Both the position numbers and the translations under genes were made by a program. Shown in pieces: positions 28,578 through 39,475 of a stretch of 64,000 bases of DNA. A model generated the notes under the pieces. That model had not been told where the DNA came from. It saw only the letters and a program-made list of their open reading frames with translations, and did not search any database. How positions within the stretch are numbered: position 1 is the first letter of the stretch; each line of letters starts with the position of its first letter. This stretch comes from Leptospiria bacterium. Lineage in GTDB: Bacteria; Spirochaetota; Leptospiria; Turneriellales; CBDBES01. The stretch covers positions 1,484,901 through 1,548,900 of the forward strand of contig CBDHCY010000005.1 of NCBI GenBank assembly GCA_965261485.1. Reading direction: 5' to 3'.

Positions 28578-31147
28578 GATTTTAAAAAAGAATTTATATA
28601 AAAAGCAATGCGTCTATATTGTGAGATTCCAAAACCTAAAAAAAACAAGCCCAGCAAGCCTCCTCCATAAATTAATAATCGCCCTTCAAGAAAATACTTT
28701 TCTTCCACCAAAATTCGTTTATAGGCATAATCAGCTTTTTTACTCAATACCTTATTTTTAAATATAGGAAGAACAGTTAGATAGTAAACTCCAGGATTTA
28801 ATTGATAAACATATTCAGGCCCCCCTGTTGAATTGATTTCATCCAAATCAGGTATCTCTGGTTTACCTGTTAAGTGCCAACTATAACCTTTAAGTTTATT
28901 TTTATATTTTTTGTTACTGATCGAAAAAAATATTTCATATAAATTATTATTATAATCTAAAAGTTTTGCAGAAATTTTAGCTGTCAAAAAATTCTCTCGA
29001 ATAAATTTTGACTTTGGCTTAGATGAAATAATGTCTCTGATTCTTTTTTTAATTTCAGACTTTTTTTTTATAGTATGTGCACCCAAGTATTCAAATGAAT
29101 AGACTCTTGGCCTTCCCTTACGACCATTAACATAGTCAAAACCAAAAGAAATCGTATACAAACGCCTTTTTTTATAAGTCAACATGGGAATAAGTAAACG
29201 CTGCCCTTCTGATGTCTCCTCAGGAATAATAACTTTTCCTCGTTTGTAAGGGTCAACTTTTTTTGAATCCACAACGTAGTAAACCTGTTTTAATTTAGCT
29301 CCCGGTTCTGAATATAGATACTCTAATATAAAAAAAGAATCTCTCAGTTGTTGTGAGTTTAAATTAGTATATAAGCTAATATTATCTTCAGGATATATAA
29401 TTTCGATTCGATACGTCCCTATCTTGGAATAATTTCCAACTAAATCAACAGCTCGCACTTTGAAGAAATAAATATTTGGTGTAACATTAGTAAAAACAAG
29501 ATTTGATGATGATACTTTTTTTTTAAATTTATCCGCTCGATTTGTTGAAAATACATATTCATAATATGCAATAGCATTATCATCATATGCTTGAAATTGC
29601 AATGAAATATTTCTATTAATAGATTGGGCTTTTTCTTTATGAGTGCTTGAACTGATAATCGGAACACTTGGTTTTTCGCTATCTATATTAAAATTATAGT
29701 GTGTAACCTCTGACTCATTTTCAATATTATCTTTATAGCGAGCATGCAAATAATAATTACCACTTTTTAAATTATTTAAGGTAATTACTCTGTTTAAACC
29801 AGAAAAATTATACACTTCAGGAATACTGTGTGGAGATTGATCTTGAATCCAAGCAATTTTACTGACACCTGATGGGTCTCTAGGTATATTAAGCTTGAAT
29901 ACTCCTTTTGTATTTTTTGATGACTTATTTTGAAGATGCGTTTTTGATCGAATAGTTATTTTACTTGTATCAGAATCAATTTTCTTAAAATATAACTGAC
30001 CACCTGTTAAATAAAATAAGTAACCAGATTTTTTCCACTTGATAAGTTTGGGTATCTTTGCCAATCTTTTCTCTTTGGTTACATTATGTGATTTATTGAT
30101 TGTATCAATATTCTGCTTATCTAAAAAAATTGCATATATTTGAGAAGGATTTTCTCTAAAATCATGCCAAGTTACTACTCTTCCAAATTTTTTGATATAA
30201 ATAAGATTAGGAGAGTATGAATTAGTGCTAACATTTGTCAATTTTTTGGATTGACCTCCCGCAGAATGATAAATCGACCAAATATTATTTAAGCGTGCTT
30301 GCCAGACAAATTCAATTTTATTTTGGGTGAAAAACGCAAAAGGAGAAAAATCATTATGCATATTATTTGTCAGCCGCGTAGGAGTTGAAAATGATTGACC
30401 ATTATTAGTTGATCGAATATAAAAAATCTCGTCTTTATCTAAATTTATTGGTCTATTTTGATAAAATACTTCAATTTGATTATTATGCATAACAACAGAA
30501 GGAAAAAAAACACCATGTCCGATATCTTTGATACCATCAACCACCTCAGTAATATTGGAAAAAGAATTTCCATCTCCAGACGAATGAAACATTGTAAATT
30601 TTTTTGAATTAGTCTCTTTTTGATAAAAAAGATGAAATTTACCACGCTGATCAATAATGACCCTAGGTAAAATTGCTGTTTTGGAACCTTTGCTATCATC
30701 TAACTCACGAATAGCTAAAAAATTTTTACGCCCATTGGGGCTATAGAGCAATTTAATTCGGCTGCCAATTTGTGCTCCTAAATTTGTTTCTTGCCAAACG
30801 ATTAAAATTTTATTTTGATAAGATCCGATACTTAGATTAATAGGGAATAAAATTTTGGAAGGCTCCAATTTAATTCTAGTAACTTTGGTGCTTGTTATTG
30901 ACAAACCATTAAAACTGTGTAATTTTAATATAATTGTTGTTGCTTTATCTTTTTGCCATTTATGTTTCAAATGTGCTGTAATAATATAAAGCGTACTTTT
31001 TGATGAAAGATTGTTTTCGGTGACAGCATAATCAAGAACATTCTTAGCTACTTTCTTTTTTTGATACCAACCAAGAGGATTTGAAAAGGTTTGATATGAA
31101 AATAAAATAATAAGAAAATACGGACAAAAGAAAGGAATACCTTTCAT
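28574..31147 (-). CDS. BNR/Asp-box (sialidase-like beta-propeller) protein with Y_Y_Y-like domains and a C-terminal TM anchor
   Basis: Asp-box-like SSGDGNSFS and STNNGQSFS; GNYYLHARYKD and PNIYFFKVRAVDLVGNYS; C-terminal hydrophobic LLIYGGGLLGLFFLGFGI. Confidence 0.5.
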   Translation of the reverse strand: MKGIPFFCPYFLIILFSYQTFSNPLGWYQKKKVAKNVLDYAVTENNLSSKSTLYIITAHLKHKWQKDKATTIILKLHSFNGLSITSTKVTRIKLEPSKILFPINLSIGSYQNKILIVWQETNLGAQIGSRIKLLYSPNGRKNFLAIRELDDSKGSKTAILPRVIIDQRGKFHLFYQKETNSKKFTMFHSSGDGNSFSNITEVVDGIKDIGHGVFFPSVVMHNNQIEVFYQNRPINLDKDEIFYIRSTNNGQSFSTPTRLTNNMHNDFSPFAFFTQNKIEFVWQARLNNIWSIYHSAGGQSKKLTNVSTNSYSPNLIYIKKFGRVVTWHDFRENPSQIYAIFLDKQNIDTINKSHNVTKEKRLAKIPKLIKWKKSGYLFYLTGGQLYFKKIDSDTSKITIRSKTHLQNKSSKNTKGVFKLNIPRDPSGVSKIAWIQDQSPHSIPEVYNFSGLNRVITLNNLKSGNYYLHARYKDNIENESEVTHYNFNIDSEKPSVPIISSSTHKEKAQSINRNISLQFQAYDDNAIAYYEYVFSTNRADKFKKKVSSSNLVFTNVTPNIYFFKVRAVDLVGNYSKIGTYRIEIIYPEDNISLYTNLNSQQLRDSFFILEYLYSEPGAKLKQVYYVVDSKKVDPYKRGKVIIPEETSEGQRLLIPMLTYKKRRLYTISFGFDYVNGRKGRPRVYSFEYLGAHTIKKKSEIKKRIRDIISSKPKSKFIRENFLTAKISAKLLDYNNNLYEIFFSISNKKYKNKLKGYSWHLTGKPEIPDLDEINSTGGPEYVYQLNPGVYYLTVLPIFKNKVLSKKADYAYKRILVEEKYFLEGRLLIYGGGLLGLFFLGFGISQYRRIAFYINSFLKS

Positions 31148-32109
31148 AGTTTTAATTCTAAGCCCTCATATGCAGGTATAATTTTTAAATCTTGTTTAGG
31201 AGCCGTTATATCTTTATATCTAAGAGCTTGCAAAATTACTTCATCCATCTGTTCATCATCATAAGAGGGTTCGTGATGAAATAAAATGAGTTGTTTAACA
31301 TTACTTTTAACAGCAATATCAGTCGCAATAGAAGATGAACTATGGCCCCAATCAATTTTTTGCAATAATTCAACAAAAGTATATTGAGTATCAAAAACAA
31401 GTACATCAGCATCTTTAAAAAAATTGATATAGTCATTAATATTGTTTAAAGAATCTAAAGTAAATTCGGCATCTGAACAAAAAACAAATATTTTTTCTTT
31501 ACCATCAACGATCTCTTTAAATTTAAAAGTATAATTACCTCCAGGATGTCGAACTGATTTACTAATAAGTTCGACATTATTTACAATTAAAGGTTTTCCC
31601 TCTTCAAAGTGGTTAAATATAATATCTGCTGAAAATTCATCAAAAGTAATAGGAAAATGAGTTCTTTTTTGTTGATATCTCAAACGCTCTTCAATGTCAG
31701 GAAAGGTTGAATGAATGGTAATTTTATTACCTGAAATAAAAAGTGGTAAAAAAAACAAAAATCCTTGAATATGATCCCAATGTGAGTGTGTAAAGAATAA
31801 ATTCAAATTAGCCTTCCCTTTCATTCGCTCTTCAGTCATCAAAAATTTTCCTAAGCTTCGTATTCCACTACCAGCATCAATGATAAAAATGTCATTATTT
31901 TCGTTTCGCATCTCTAAACAAGTTGTATTTCCTCCATAAGTACCCCGCATGGACAGCGGTAGCCTTGAAATAAATTTATCAATAGACGCTTCAGTAAGAA
32001 TATCGCTAGGGCTTGCTTCACTAAGTACCCTACGAATTTTTTTTTCAATATCTTTAGCAGTAATCGCTGAAGAAACAGAACCTCGAACACCCCAAAAACG
32101 GACTAACAT
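31144..32109 (-). CDS. MBL-fold metallo-hydrolase
   Basis: HxHxDH motif FTHSHWDHIQG and IIDAGSG. Confidence 0.8.
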   Translation of the reverse strand: MLVRFWGVRGSVSSAITAKDIEKKIRRVLSEASPSDILTEASIDKFISRLPLSMRGTYGGNTTCLEMRNENNDIFIIDAGSGIRSLGKFLMTEERMKGKANLNLFFTHSHWDHIQGFLFFLPLFISGNKITIHSTFPDIEERLRYQQKRTHFPITFDEFSADIIFNHFEEGKPLIVNNVELISKSVRHPGGNYTFKFKEIVDGKEKIFVFCSDAEFTLDSLNNINDYINFFKDADVLVFDTQYTFVELLQKIDWGHSSSSIATDIAVKSNVKQLILFHHEPSYDDEQMDEVILQALRYKDITAPKQDLKIIPAYEGLELKL

Positions 32110-32201
32110 AACAGAATACGCATATTATAACTAAAACAAAATCAGTACAGAACTTTTTATTTCATGGGAGGAATATTTAAAATAGACAGGGCATACTATA
32201 T

Positions 32202-33200
32202 TTAAGACATATTGAATATAAGATTTACTTTATTTTTTTGACGTAATAATTTCTGAATACCTTTAGGAAGCTCAAAGAGCTCTCGACATTCGTTGGAGCA
32301 ACATTTTTTATATTTTTCTGCACATTTAGAACATTGTATCATTAAACAGTGGCATTGTTCATTTGCACAATTGGTATAATCATCTGATAGTTCATTGCAT
32401 TGATGGCAATATGAAATAGTTCCTTTTGAAATTTTTTCACCAAGCCTTTGATCAAATACAAAATTCTTACCAATAAATAAAGAAGGTAAATTATTTTCGA
32501 TAACTTCTCGAAAGTAATTAATAATACCTCCGCGAAGTTGGTATACTTTTGAAAAACCTTGATCTTTCAGGTAAATATTTGCCTTCTCACAACGAATGCC
32601 TCCCGTACAATAAAGTAGTATTGTTTTATCTTGTTTATTATCCAAAGCTAAAGGAAGTTCTTTGAGGGCTTCTCGATAAGTTTTTACAGGCAAGCAAATT
32701 GCTTTCTTAAAATGGCCAATTTCTGATTCATAATTATTCCGAAGGTCTATGACAACAGTATCATCTAAAGTAAGTAAGCGATTAAATTCTTCGGGAACTA
32801 CGTAATCATTTTGTTCTATACGACTAATATCAAATTTTTTAAAATCATCATTGACAATTTTTTTTCGATATTTAATTTTAAGCTTTAGAAAAGCATCATC
32901 CCTCCCTATTACAGAACGATTAAAATAAATAGATTTCAAAGATTCAAAAGAATCAATAACCTTTCGAAGAAGACCATAACAATTTTCAGGAATACTTATT
33001 TGAGCATTAATTCCTTCATTTGCGATATAAATACGACCCAGAGTTTTTATATTGAATAAACTTTTATAAAGTTCATCTCTAAATTGTTTAGGGTATTTAA
33101 TTGTGATATAACGATAAAAAGACAAGATAATTCTAGTATAAGCTTCCTCCCGAAGTTTATTTTCCAAAATAGAGCTAGAATAAATATTATGAAGATGCAT
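32202..33200 (-). CDS. trhO: rhodanese-domain protein of the UPF0176 / TrhO (tRNA U34 hydroxylase) family
   Basis: Rhodanese active-site loop LLYCTGGIRCEKA and a C-terminal Cys-rich tail. Confidence 0.8.
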   Translation of the reverse strand: MHLHNIYSSSILENKLREEAYTRIILSFYRYITIKYPKQFRDELYKSLFNIKTLGRIYIANEGINAQISIPENCYGLLRKVIDSFESLKSIYFNRSVIGRDDAFLKLKIKYRKKIVNDDFKKFDISRIEQNDYVVPEEFNRLLTLDDTVVIDLRNNYESEIGHFKKAICLPVKTYREALKELPLALDNKQDKTILLYCTGGIRCEKANIYLKDQGFSKVYQLRGGIINYFREVIENNLPSLFIGKNFVFDQRLGEKISKGTISYCHQCNELSDDYTNCANEQCHCLMIQCSKCAEKYKKCCSNECRELFELPKGIQKLLRQKNKVNLIFNMS

Positions 33201-33324
33201 TATTTACTTACCTTTTTCTATTATTCAGATACCTTTTATTCGATAAATTTAGTGATAGTATTATACATAAAGATAAATAGGAATAACTAAAATAACGATT
33301 TAAAAAATTCTGTTTATATATCAT

Positions 33325-34101
33325 TTAAACCTGACACCGCTTTATTATAGTAGATATCCTATGTTTATAATATTTTTTTCTTTTGGGGAAAATAGTAACA
33401 AATGTCGAATAAAGCATCTTCTCCCAATTCAAAATTTTCAGTAAAATGTCTGTTGCTCTTTTTTGAACCACAGTGTTATTGTTGAATATAATATGTCGAG
33501 TATTCAAATAATCAGTCTCTACCTCATTTACAATATTTTGAATATTGATAAGAGAAAGACCACCTCCTAAAGAAATAATCTTTTTCTTTTTTTTTATTTT
33601 TTTCGTAGATTCTTGAACAACCTTCATCACTTCTTTATCATTAATATCAAGCTGCATACTTTTAGAAAGGTCATCTCGACCAATCGTTACTTGTTGAATT
33701 TTTGCAAAAGCATTTACTTCAATAAGGCGATCTAATATTTGAGCTGCTGAAATTGTCTCCAAATTAAAAGCCAAACTTAATGGTTGATTATGCTCAATTT
33801 GTATCTCATCGACTGTTTCAACGAATTTATTTAGAGCATAAACAGATTCAATCATGGGAGCAAGTATACAGTCAATTTTTAAGGAAAGTGCAAAGCGAAT
33901 ATCTTGTCGTGCTTCGGCTCCTCCAATTTTAAGAATAAAAGGCATGACACCTAATGATATTTCACGCATTATTTTAATCTCGTGAGTATCCATATCTTCA
34001 ATCTCAGTACCTGTTTTGAGGCCGACGACACTATATCGATCTCTCAAATCAATGAGATCTTTTTTTAAATATGATAATTTTTTCTTTACATCAGAACACA
34101 T
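33325..34101 (-). CDS. putative HpcH/HpaI aldolase / citrate-lyase-beta-like TIM-barrel protein
   Basis: APMIES, NLETI and GRDDLS spacing resembles that family. This is a weak assignment. Confidence 0.4.
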   Translation of the reverse strand: MCSDVKKKLSYLKKDLIDLRDRYSVVGLKTGTEIEDMDTHEIKIMREISLGVMPFILKIGGAEARQDIRFALSLKIDCILAPMIESVYALNKFVETVDEIQIEHNQPLSLAFNLETISAAQILDRLIEVNAFAKIQQVTIGRDDLSKSMQLDINDKEVMKVVQESTKKIKKKKKIISLGGGLSLINIQNIVNEVETDYLNTRHIIFNNNTVVQKRATDILLKILNWEKMLYSTFVTIFPKRKKYYKHRISTIIKRCQV

Positions 34102-34139
34102 TTTTTTATACTACTACTGTATAATATATATTATTTCAT

Positions 34140-34298
34140 ATGAGGGAAATCATTAAATTAGAATCAACCGCTGGTACAGGTACTTTTTATACCACGACTA
34201 AAAATAAAAAGACTCAGACAAAAAAGTTTGAATTTAAGAAATATGATCATAAAATTCGAAAACACGTCATTTTTGTTGAAAAAAAGCTGACAAAATAG
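34140..34298 (+). CDS. rpmG: 50S ribosomal protein L33
   Basis: Hand translation: [52 protein letters not shown] (52 aa). Missing from the ORF track because it is under 60 aa. Confidence 0.9.
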   Translation: MREIIKLESTAGTGTFYTTTKNKKTQTKKFEFKKYDHKIRKHVIFVEKKLTK

Positions 34299-34314
34299 CA
34301 AACGTTTAAAACTA

Positions 34315-34773
34315 TTATTGCTGACATTGTGAGCATAGCCCATATATTTCAAAAATATGACTCACGATCTGAAAACCTTTGTCTTTCGTCGGTTTCTTAG
34401 GTAATTCTTGAGAGAGGCAGTCTTCAATACAAAATGCACTTTCACAAGTAATGCATATAGCATGATGATGATGTTGATTATGTTGATGCTCAAAAAGAGA
34501 ATTTGCTTTAGTCTGAAACCTCAACTGACTAATAAAGCCTTGCTCTGCGAGCATAGAGAGATTTCGATATATCGTATCAAGACTAACAGGAGGATATTTT
34601 CTTTTGACTTCTTTATAGACCTCTTGAGCAGTTAGCGGACTTTGACTCTTCAGCATGACTTTATAAATGTCTGCTCTTTGTCGAGTTACTTTTTTTGAGC
34701 TTTTTCGTAGTAATTCAATTACTTCCATATTGGACCCAGATATTGAATACCTGTTTGAACTCTCATTTGTCAA
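34315..34773 (-). CDS. Fur family transcriptional regulator (Fur/Zur/PerR not distinguishable)
   Basis: Winged-helix segment LTAQEVYKEV...SLDTIYRNLSMLAEQGFI, a His-rich HQHNQHHHH stretch and CxxC pairs. Confidence 0.85.
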   Translation of the reverse strand: MTNESSNRYSISGSNMEVIELLRKSSKKVTRQRADIYKVMLKSQSPLTAQEVYKEVKRKYPPVSLDTIYRNLSMLAEQGFISQLRFQTKANSLFEHQHNQHHHHAICITCESAFCIEDCLSQELPKKPTKDKGFQIVSHIFEIYGLCSQCQQ

Positions 34774-34791
34774 TAATATTTTATATATAGC

Positions 34792-37488
34792 ATGAAAATT
34801 TATTTTATAAAGAATATCATATTAGCGGCAATTTATTATTTTTTAATTGTCCTAACTTCTTTATTTGTTTATGATAATCAACTTGATTCTTCTTATCAAA
34901 ACTACATTGGGAAAAAGATTACTCGTATTGATTTTTCTGGTAATAAATTTACATCAAATTTAGACCTGCTTGACTTGATCTACGCTCGTCCTGGGCTTAT
35001 TTTAACCAAAAAGATGGTCAATGAAGATATCAAAAAAATTTATGCAAATGGAGCATTTTCTAATGTATATCTAATTGCACAAAATTATAAGAGAGGTGTT
35101 AAAATTAAATTTGTGATAAATGAGAGATTATATATCAAATCAATTGAATTTAAGGGTTTAGATGAATTAATTGAAAAAGATGTTAAAGAAGCTATTTTAT
35201 TTGAAGAAGAAAGTATTTATGATGAAAAACTTATTTCAGAATCAATCGAAATATTAAAATTAAAATATGAAGAAAAAGGATTTTTTAATGCAATTATTAA
35301 AACAAAAGTAAAATTTATTAAAAATAATACTGCTCTTAATCTTATATTTTTAGTTGATGAAGGAGAAGAAATTAAAATTAGTAAAATTAAAGTCTTAGGT
35401 ACCAAGACACTTGATCCTGAAAAAATTATTGATAGCATAGAATTGGAAGAAGATGGTATCATTTCAGATGGTAAATTTCAAAGAAATCTATTTGAAGCAG
35501 ATAAAAGACAAATAATTGATTATATGCGTAGTGAAGGCTATTTAGATGCCGAACTAATTAAAGCTTCTTGGCTAATTAAATGGGCGGATAAAAAGAAGGA
35601 TGTACGTGGAATTGAAATCACTTTTGAAATTAAAGAAGGCGATCAATATTTTTTTGATGGTTATGAAATTGAATGGAATAAAGAAAGACTTAACCAAGAT
35701 ATTAAAAAGCCACTTTACAATAAAAATCAATTCTATAAGATTTTTGAATACACAGATAGTGATATTGGGGATATTTACAACCATAGTAAAATAAAAAATG
35801 ATAGTAACGTAATTAATCAACTTTATTCAAGAGAGGGCTACATTTTTACGAGAGTGCAACCTATTACAACTACAATTATTTTAAATAAAAAAGAACTTGC
35901 CAAGTGGAAAAATTCTGCTATACAAAAAAAAAATATACAAAAAGGAATTGATTATTATCGTCTTAAGATATTAGAAAATATTCTTAAGACAGAGCCTAAA
36001 ACAGAAGGTAGAAAATATATTCATACAAAATTTATCATCTCTGAAGGGGACAAGGGTTATATCGAAAATATTATAATCAAGGGTAATGAAAAAACTCATA
36101 CAGAAGTAATTCGAAGAGAGATACTTCTTACCGAAGGAGATCTTTTTAATGCCGCTCTCGTACAACGATCAAGAGAAAGAATTTTCAATCTTGGATTTTT
36201 TAAGGAAGTCGGTCTAGATATTCGACCAGGATCTGGCCCTAAAAAATTAGATCTAGTAATTGACATAAAAGAACAGCCAACCGGAAATATTAGTTTAGGA
36301 GGTGGTTATGGAACGCAAGCCGGTTTCACAATTTTTACGGAGCTCGCTGAAAACAACTTGAATGGTAAAGGTCAAAGGATTTCCGGTAAACTTGATTTGG
36401 GTCCTAGCCGAATTCTTATAAATACCTCATGGAGAGAGCCATGGTTATTTAATCGACCATGGTCTCTGTCTCTTTCACTCGCTTATAGTGATGATACATT
36501 GACTTCAAGAATTTCGACAATAGGCATTCAGGATAAAAACGAGACTTATCAAATTGAAAGCTTTGGATTTGCGACACAAGTCAATCATCAATTTGCAATT
36601 TTTTGGGGTCATTTTCATGGCTGGTTGCCCAGTATACAAAGAACTCACAACCCTTCTAGTTTAGCTAGCGACAGTCTCTACGCTCTAGTCAATCAAGGAT
36701 GGCGTTTTTCAAATAAAGTACGCAATGGTATTTTTTATGATGATCGTGATAATATAAGAAACCCTACTTCTGGTATGCGGGCAGAATTTCACATAACTAT
36801 GGTTGGGAGTATTTTTGCTGGTAATGATCATTTTATTCAATATCAACCAACCTATCTTTTATATTGGTGGCCTGCTGATTTTACTTTTGGGGGTCTTTTT
36901 AGAAAGTCAACTTTACGTAGATGGCGTTTTGTATTTGAACATCGAATTTCCTTAGGATTTACTCAAATTACGGGGCCCATTTATAATAAGCAACTTCGTA
37001 CTGAAGATCCCTATATTCAACCAGCCAATAATTTTTATCTTGGAGGTTATGAATCACTCAGAGGATGGTCTCCAAATGATTCTGACTATGAAATAGCTTG
37101 GCGAGATCGAGCAAGCCATCGCATTATTTTTGGGAGTGAATTAAGAATTCCAATTTTACCTAATATTTTATCATTTGTATTCTTTTTTGAAGGAGGAGCT
37201 CTTTTTGAAGATGTTAAAAATGCACTTATTGATTATAGGCCAATTGGCGATTTTGGTACAAAAGAGACACTAAACAGTATTCGCAACTCAGGCTTGGTTG
37301 CTGAAAATTTTAGAGCAGATTATTTTAAATATAGCTGGGGGTTTGGTTTTCGCCTTCAAATACCTATTTTCCCCATACGATTCTACCTTGCTAAAAAAGT
37401 AATTTGGGATACTAATTTAAACTTTTTTAGAGAAATACCAAATCAAAGTTTTCAAATAGTTTTTGGTATTGGAGATCAGCGTTTTTAA
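34792..37488 (+). CDS. bamA: outer membrane protein assembly factor BamA
   Basis: 898 aa. POTRA-like repeats are followed by a beta-barrel with RGW/GGY motifs (LGGYESLRGW) and a C-terminal Phe. Confidence 0.85.
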   Translation: MKIYFIKNIILAAIYYFLIVLTSLFVYDNQLDSSYQNYIGKKITRIDFSGNKFTSNLDLLDLIYARPGLILTKKMVNEDIKKIYANGAFSNVYLIAQNYKRGVKIKFVINERLYIKSIEFKGLDELIEKDVKEAILFEEESIYDEKLISESIEILKLKYEEKGFFNAIIKTKVKFIKNNTALNLIFLVDEGEEIKISKIKVLGTKTLDPEKIIDSIELEEDGIISDGKFQRNLFEADKRQIIDYMRSEGYLDAELIKASWLIKWADKKKDVRGIEITFEIKEGDQYFFDGYEIEWNKERLNQDIKKPLYNKNQFYKIFEYTDSDIGDIYNHSKIKNDSNVINQLYSREGYIFTRVQPITTTIILNKKELAKWKNSAIQKKNIQKGIDYYRLKILENILKTEPKTEGRKYIHTKFIISEGDKGYIENIIIKGNEKTHTEVIRREILLTEGDLFNAALVQRSRERIFNLGFFKEVGLDIRPGSGPKKLDLVIDIKEQPTGNISLGGGYGTQAGFTIFTELAENNLNGKGQRISGKLDLGPSRILINTSWREPWLFNRPWSLSLSLAYSDDTLTSRISTIGIQDKNETYQIESFGFATQVNHQFAIFWGHFHGWLPSIQRTHNPSSLASDSLYALVNQGWRFSNKVRNGIFYDDRDNIRNPTSGMRAEFHITMVGSIFAGNDHFIQYQPTYLLYWWPADFTFGGLFRKSTLRRWRFVFEHRISLGFTQITGPIYNKQLRTEDPYIQPANNFYLGGYESLRGWSPNDSDYEIAWRDRASHRIIFGSELRIPILPNILSFVFFFEGGALFEDVKNALIDYRPIGDFGTKETLNSIRNSGLVAENFRADYFKYSWGFGFRLQIPIFPIRFYLAKKVIWDTNLNFFREIPNQSFQIVFGIGDQRF

Positions 37489-38688
37489 TTGATGATAAAA
37501 AGTGGTAAAATTCTTATTCATGTAACGGGTTCAGATTATCCAGGTATACTTGCTCGACTTACTGATTTATTTGAGATGAATCATGTCACTATTTTAGATG
37601 TACAACAAACAACCACCTTAAAACAATTAAATCTATCCTTACTTTTAAGTATACCAAAAAATTATATCTTGGCAATTTTGAGAAAAGTTCACCAAATTAT
37701 GCGAGAAGAAGATCTTACTATACGTACAACGATCTTAAATAAAGAGCAAATCTTTCATAGAGAATCTAGATATAAATTTGCTTTGACCATCCTTTCTAAA
37801 GATATTAGAATTAATAATTTGAATTCACTAGTACAAATTATTGCTCAACACAATATCAATATTATAAAAATAAATCAGCTCGCTAAAGGCAAACTTCAGT
37901 GTATTGAGTTAATTATTTCAATGCATGAAAAAATATTCAAAAATTTTGAAGTACTGAGTCAATTTTTTTTCAAAAAAGCATTAGAGCAAGATTTTGACCT
38001 TGCTATTCAGCCAGAAAATTTCTTACGAAACTCAAAAAGGTTAATTGTCATGGACATGGATTCAACCCTCATTCAGCAAGAAGTTATTGATGAGCTAGCC
38101 GATATTGCTCAGGTAAAAGATCAAGTAGCTTCCATTACAAAAAAAACAATGGAAGGAGATATGTGCTTTAACAAATCATTAAGTCAAAGAGTGGCCCTTC
38201 TCAAGGGTTTAGAACAAGATGCCCTAGAAATTGTTAAAAATAGAATTACCTTAACTTCAGGTGCAGAGTTTTTGATTATTTTTTTAAAAAAGATGGGTTT
38301 TCGAATAGGGGTGATTTCAGGAGGTTTTACCTATTTTACTTCATTTTTACAAAAAAAACTTGATCTAGACTATAGTTTTGCAAATGAATTAGAAATAAAA
38401 GAAGGTAAACTAACAGGTAAAATTAATGGCGAAATTGTTGACCGTCAAAAAAAAGCTGAAATATTAAAAAAATTAGCTTCTCATGAAAAGATAAGACTAG
38501 ATCAAACTATCGCAATTGGAGATGGTGCCAACGACCTAGACATGCTTTCAATCGCTGGCTTAGGTATCGCTTTCAACGCAAAATTGAAAGTAAGAACAAA
38601 GGCAAAAGCTTCTTTGAGCTTGCCCGATTTAGTTTCTGTTTTATTTTTATTAGGTATTTCAGAAGAAGAAATTTTGGCGAATCAATAA
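37489..38688 (+). CDS. serB: phosphoserine phosphatase with N-terminal ACT-like domains
   Basis: HAD motifs VMDMDSTLIQQEVIDELA and GDGANDL. Confidence 0.88.
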   Translation: MMIKSGKILIHVTGSDYPGILARLTDLFEMNHVTILDVQQTTTLKQLNLSLLLSIPKNYILAILRKVHQIMREEDLTIRTTILNKEQIFHRESRYKFALTILSKDIRINNLNSLVQIIAQHNINIIKINQLAKGKLQCIELIISMHEKIFKNFEVLSQFFFKKALEQDFDLAIQPENFLRNSKRLIVMDMDSTLIQQEVIDELADIAQVKDQVASITKKTMEGDMCFNKSLSQRVALLKGLEQDALEIVKNRITLTSGAEFLIIFLKKMGFRIGVISGGFTYFTSFLQKKLDLDYSFANELEIKEGKLTGKINGEIVDRQKKAEILKKLASHEKIRLDQTIAIGDGANDLDMLSIAGLGIAFNAKLKVRTKAKASLSLPDLVSVLFLLGISEEEILANQ

Positions 38689-38690
38689 AA

Positions 38691-39455
38691 ATGGAAACAA
38701 ACACATTAGCTAAACGAATTATACCCTGCTTAGATATTAAAGATGGTAGAGTTGTTAAAGGCATTCAATTTTTAGATATGATAGATGCTGGTGACCCAGT
38801 TGAACACGCCCTCACTTATGAAAAGCAGGGTGCTGATGAGCTAATTTTTCTTGATATCACAGCTTCTTCAGATAAAAGAAAAATTATTCTTTCTTTAGTT
38901 AAACATGTATCTGAAAAAATTTTTATACCATATACAGTGGGAGGAGGGATACGCACTCTAGAGGATATCCGTGTGATTCTTCATGAAGGAGCAGATAAGG
39001 TCGCCATCAATACTGCTGGCTTTGAGAACCCTAAAATATTTGAAAAAGCCTCACGAATATTTGGGAGCCAATGTTTAGTTTGTGCAATTGATGCAAAATT
39101 TAATGGAAAGTTTTATGAAGTTTATCTCCATGGAGGAAGAACTCCAACAGGGAAAGATGCTAGCCTTTGGGCTAAAGAAGTTGAATCTTTGGGAGCAGGA
39201 GAAATACTACTAACCAGTATGAATCGTGATGGAACAAAACAAGGATATGAATTGGAACTTACACAAAAAATAATAGATCACGCTAATATACCAGTAATCG
39301 CCTCAGGTGGAGCAGGTTGTATAAATGATTTTGAAAAAATTTTTAAAATTGGTACAAGTGCCGCCTTGGCTGCATCTATTTTTCATTTTAATGAGATCAA
39401 TATCCAAAAATTAAAATCTCACCTCACACAAAAAGGAATTTTAATACGTAATTAA
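38691..39455 (+). CDS. hisF: imidazole glycerol phosphate synthase, cyclase subunit
   Basis: [23 protein letters not shown], and 254 aa length. Confidence 0.93.
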   Translation: METNTLAKRIIPCLDIKDGRVVKGIQFLDMIDAGDPVEHALTYEKQGADELIFLDITASSDKRKIILSLVKHVSEKIFIPYTVGGGIRTLEDIRVILHEGADKVAINTAGFENPKIFEKASRIFGSQCLVCAIDAKFNGKFYEVYLHGGRTPTGKDASLWAKEVESLGAGEILLTSMNRDGTKQGYELELTQKIIDHANIPVIASGGAGCINDFEKIFKIGTSAALAASIFHFNEINIQKLKSHLTQKGILIRN

Positions 39456-39475
39456 TAACCTTGATTTTTAAAATT

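Noticed and set aside
34164-34352. 62-aa minus-strand ORF at 34164-34352.
   Set aside because: It overlaps the plus-strand rpmG (L33) gene, which has an unmistakable ribosomal-protein sequence.
38691-39455. hisF without adjacent hisH, hisA or other his genes as an anomaly.
   Set aside because: Dispersed his genes are common in many bacteria, and nothing in the window indicates loss of the pathway. This cannot be judged from 64 kb.
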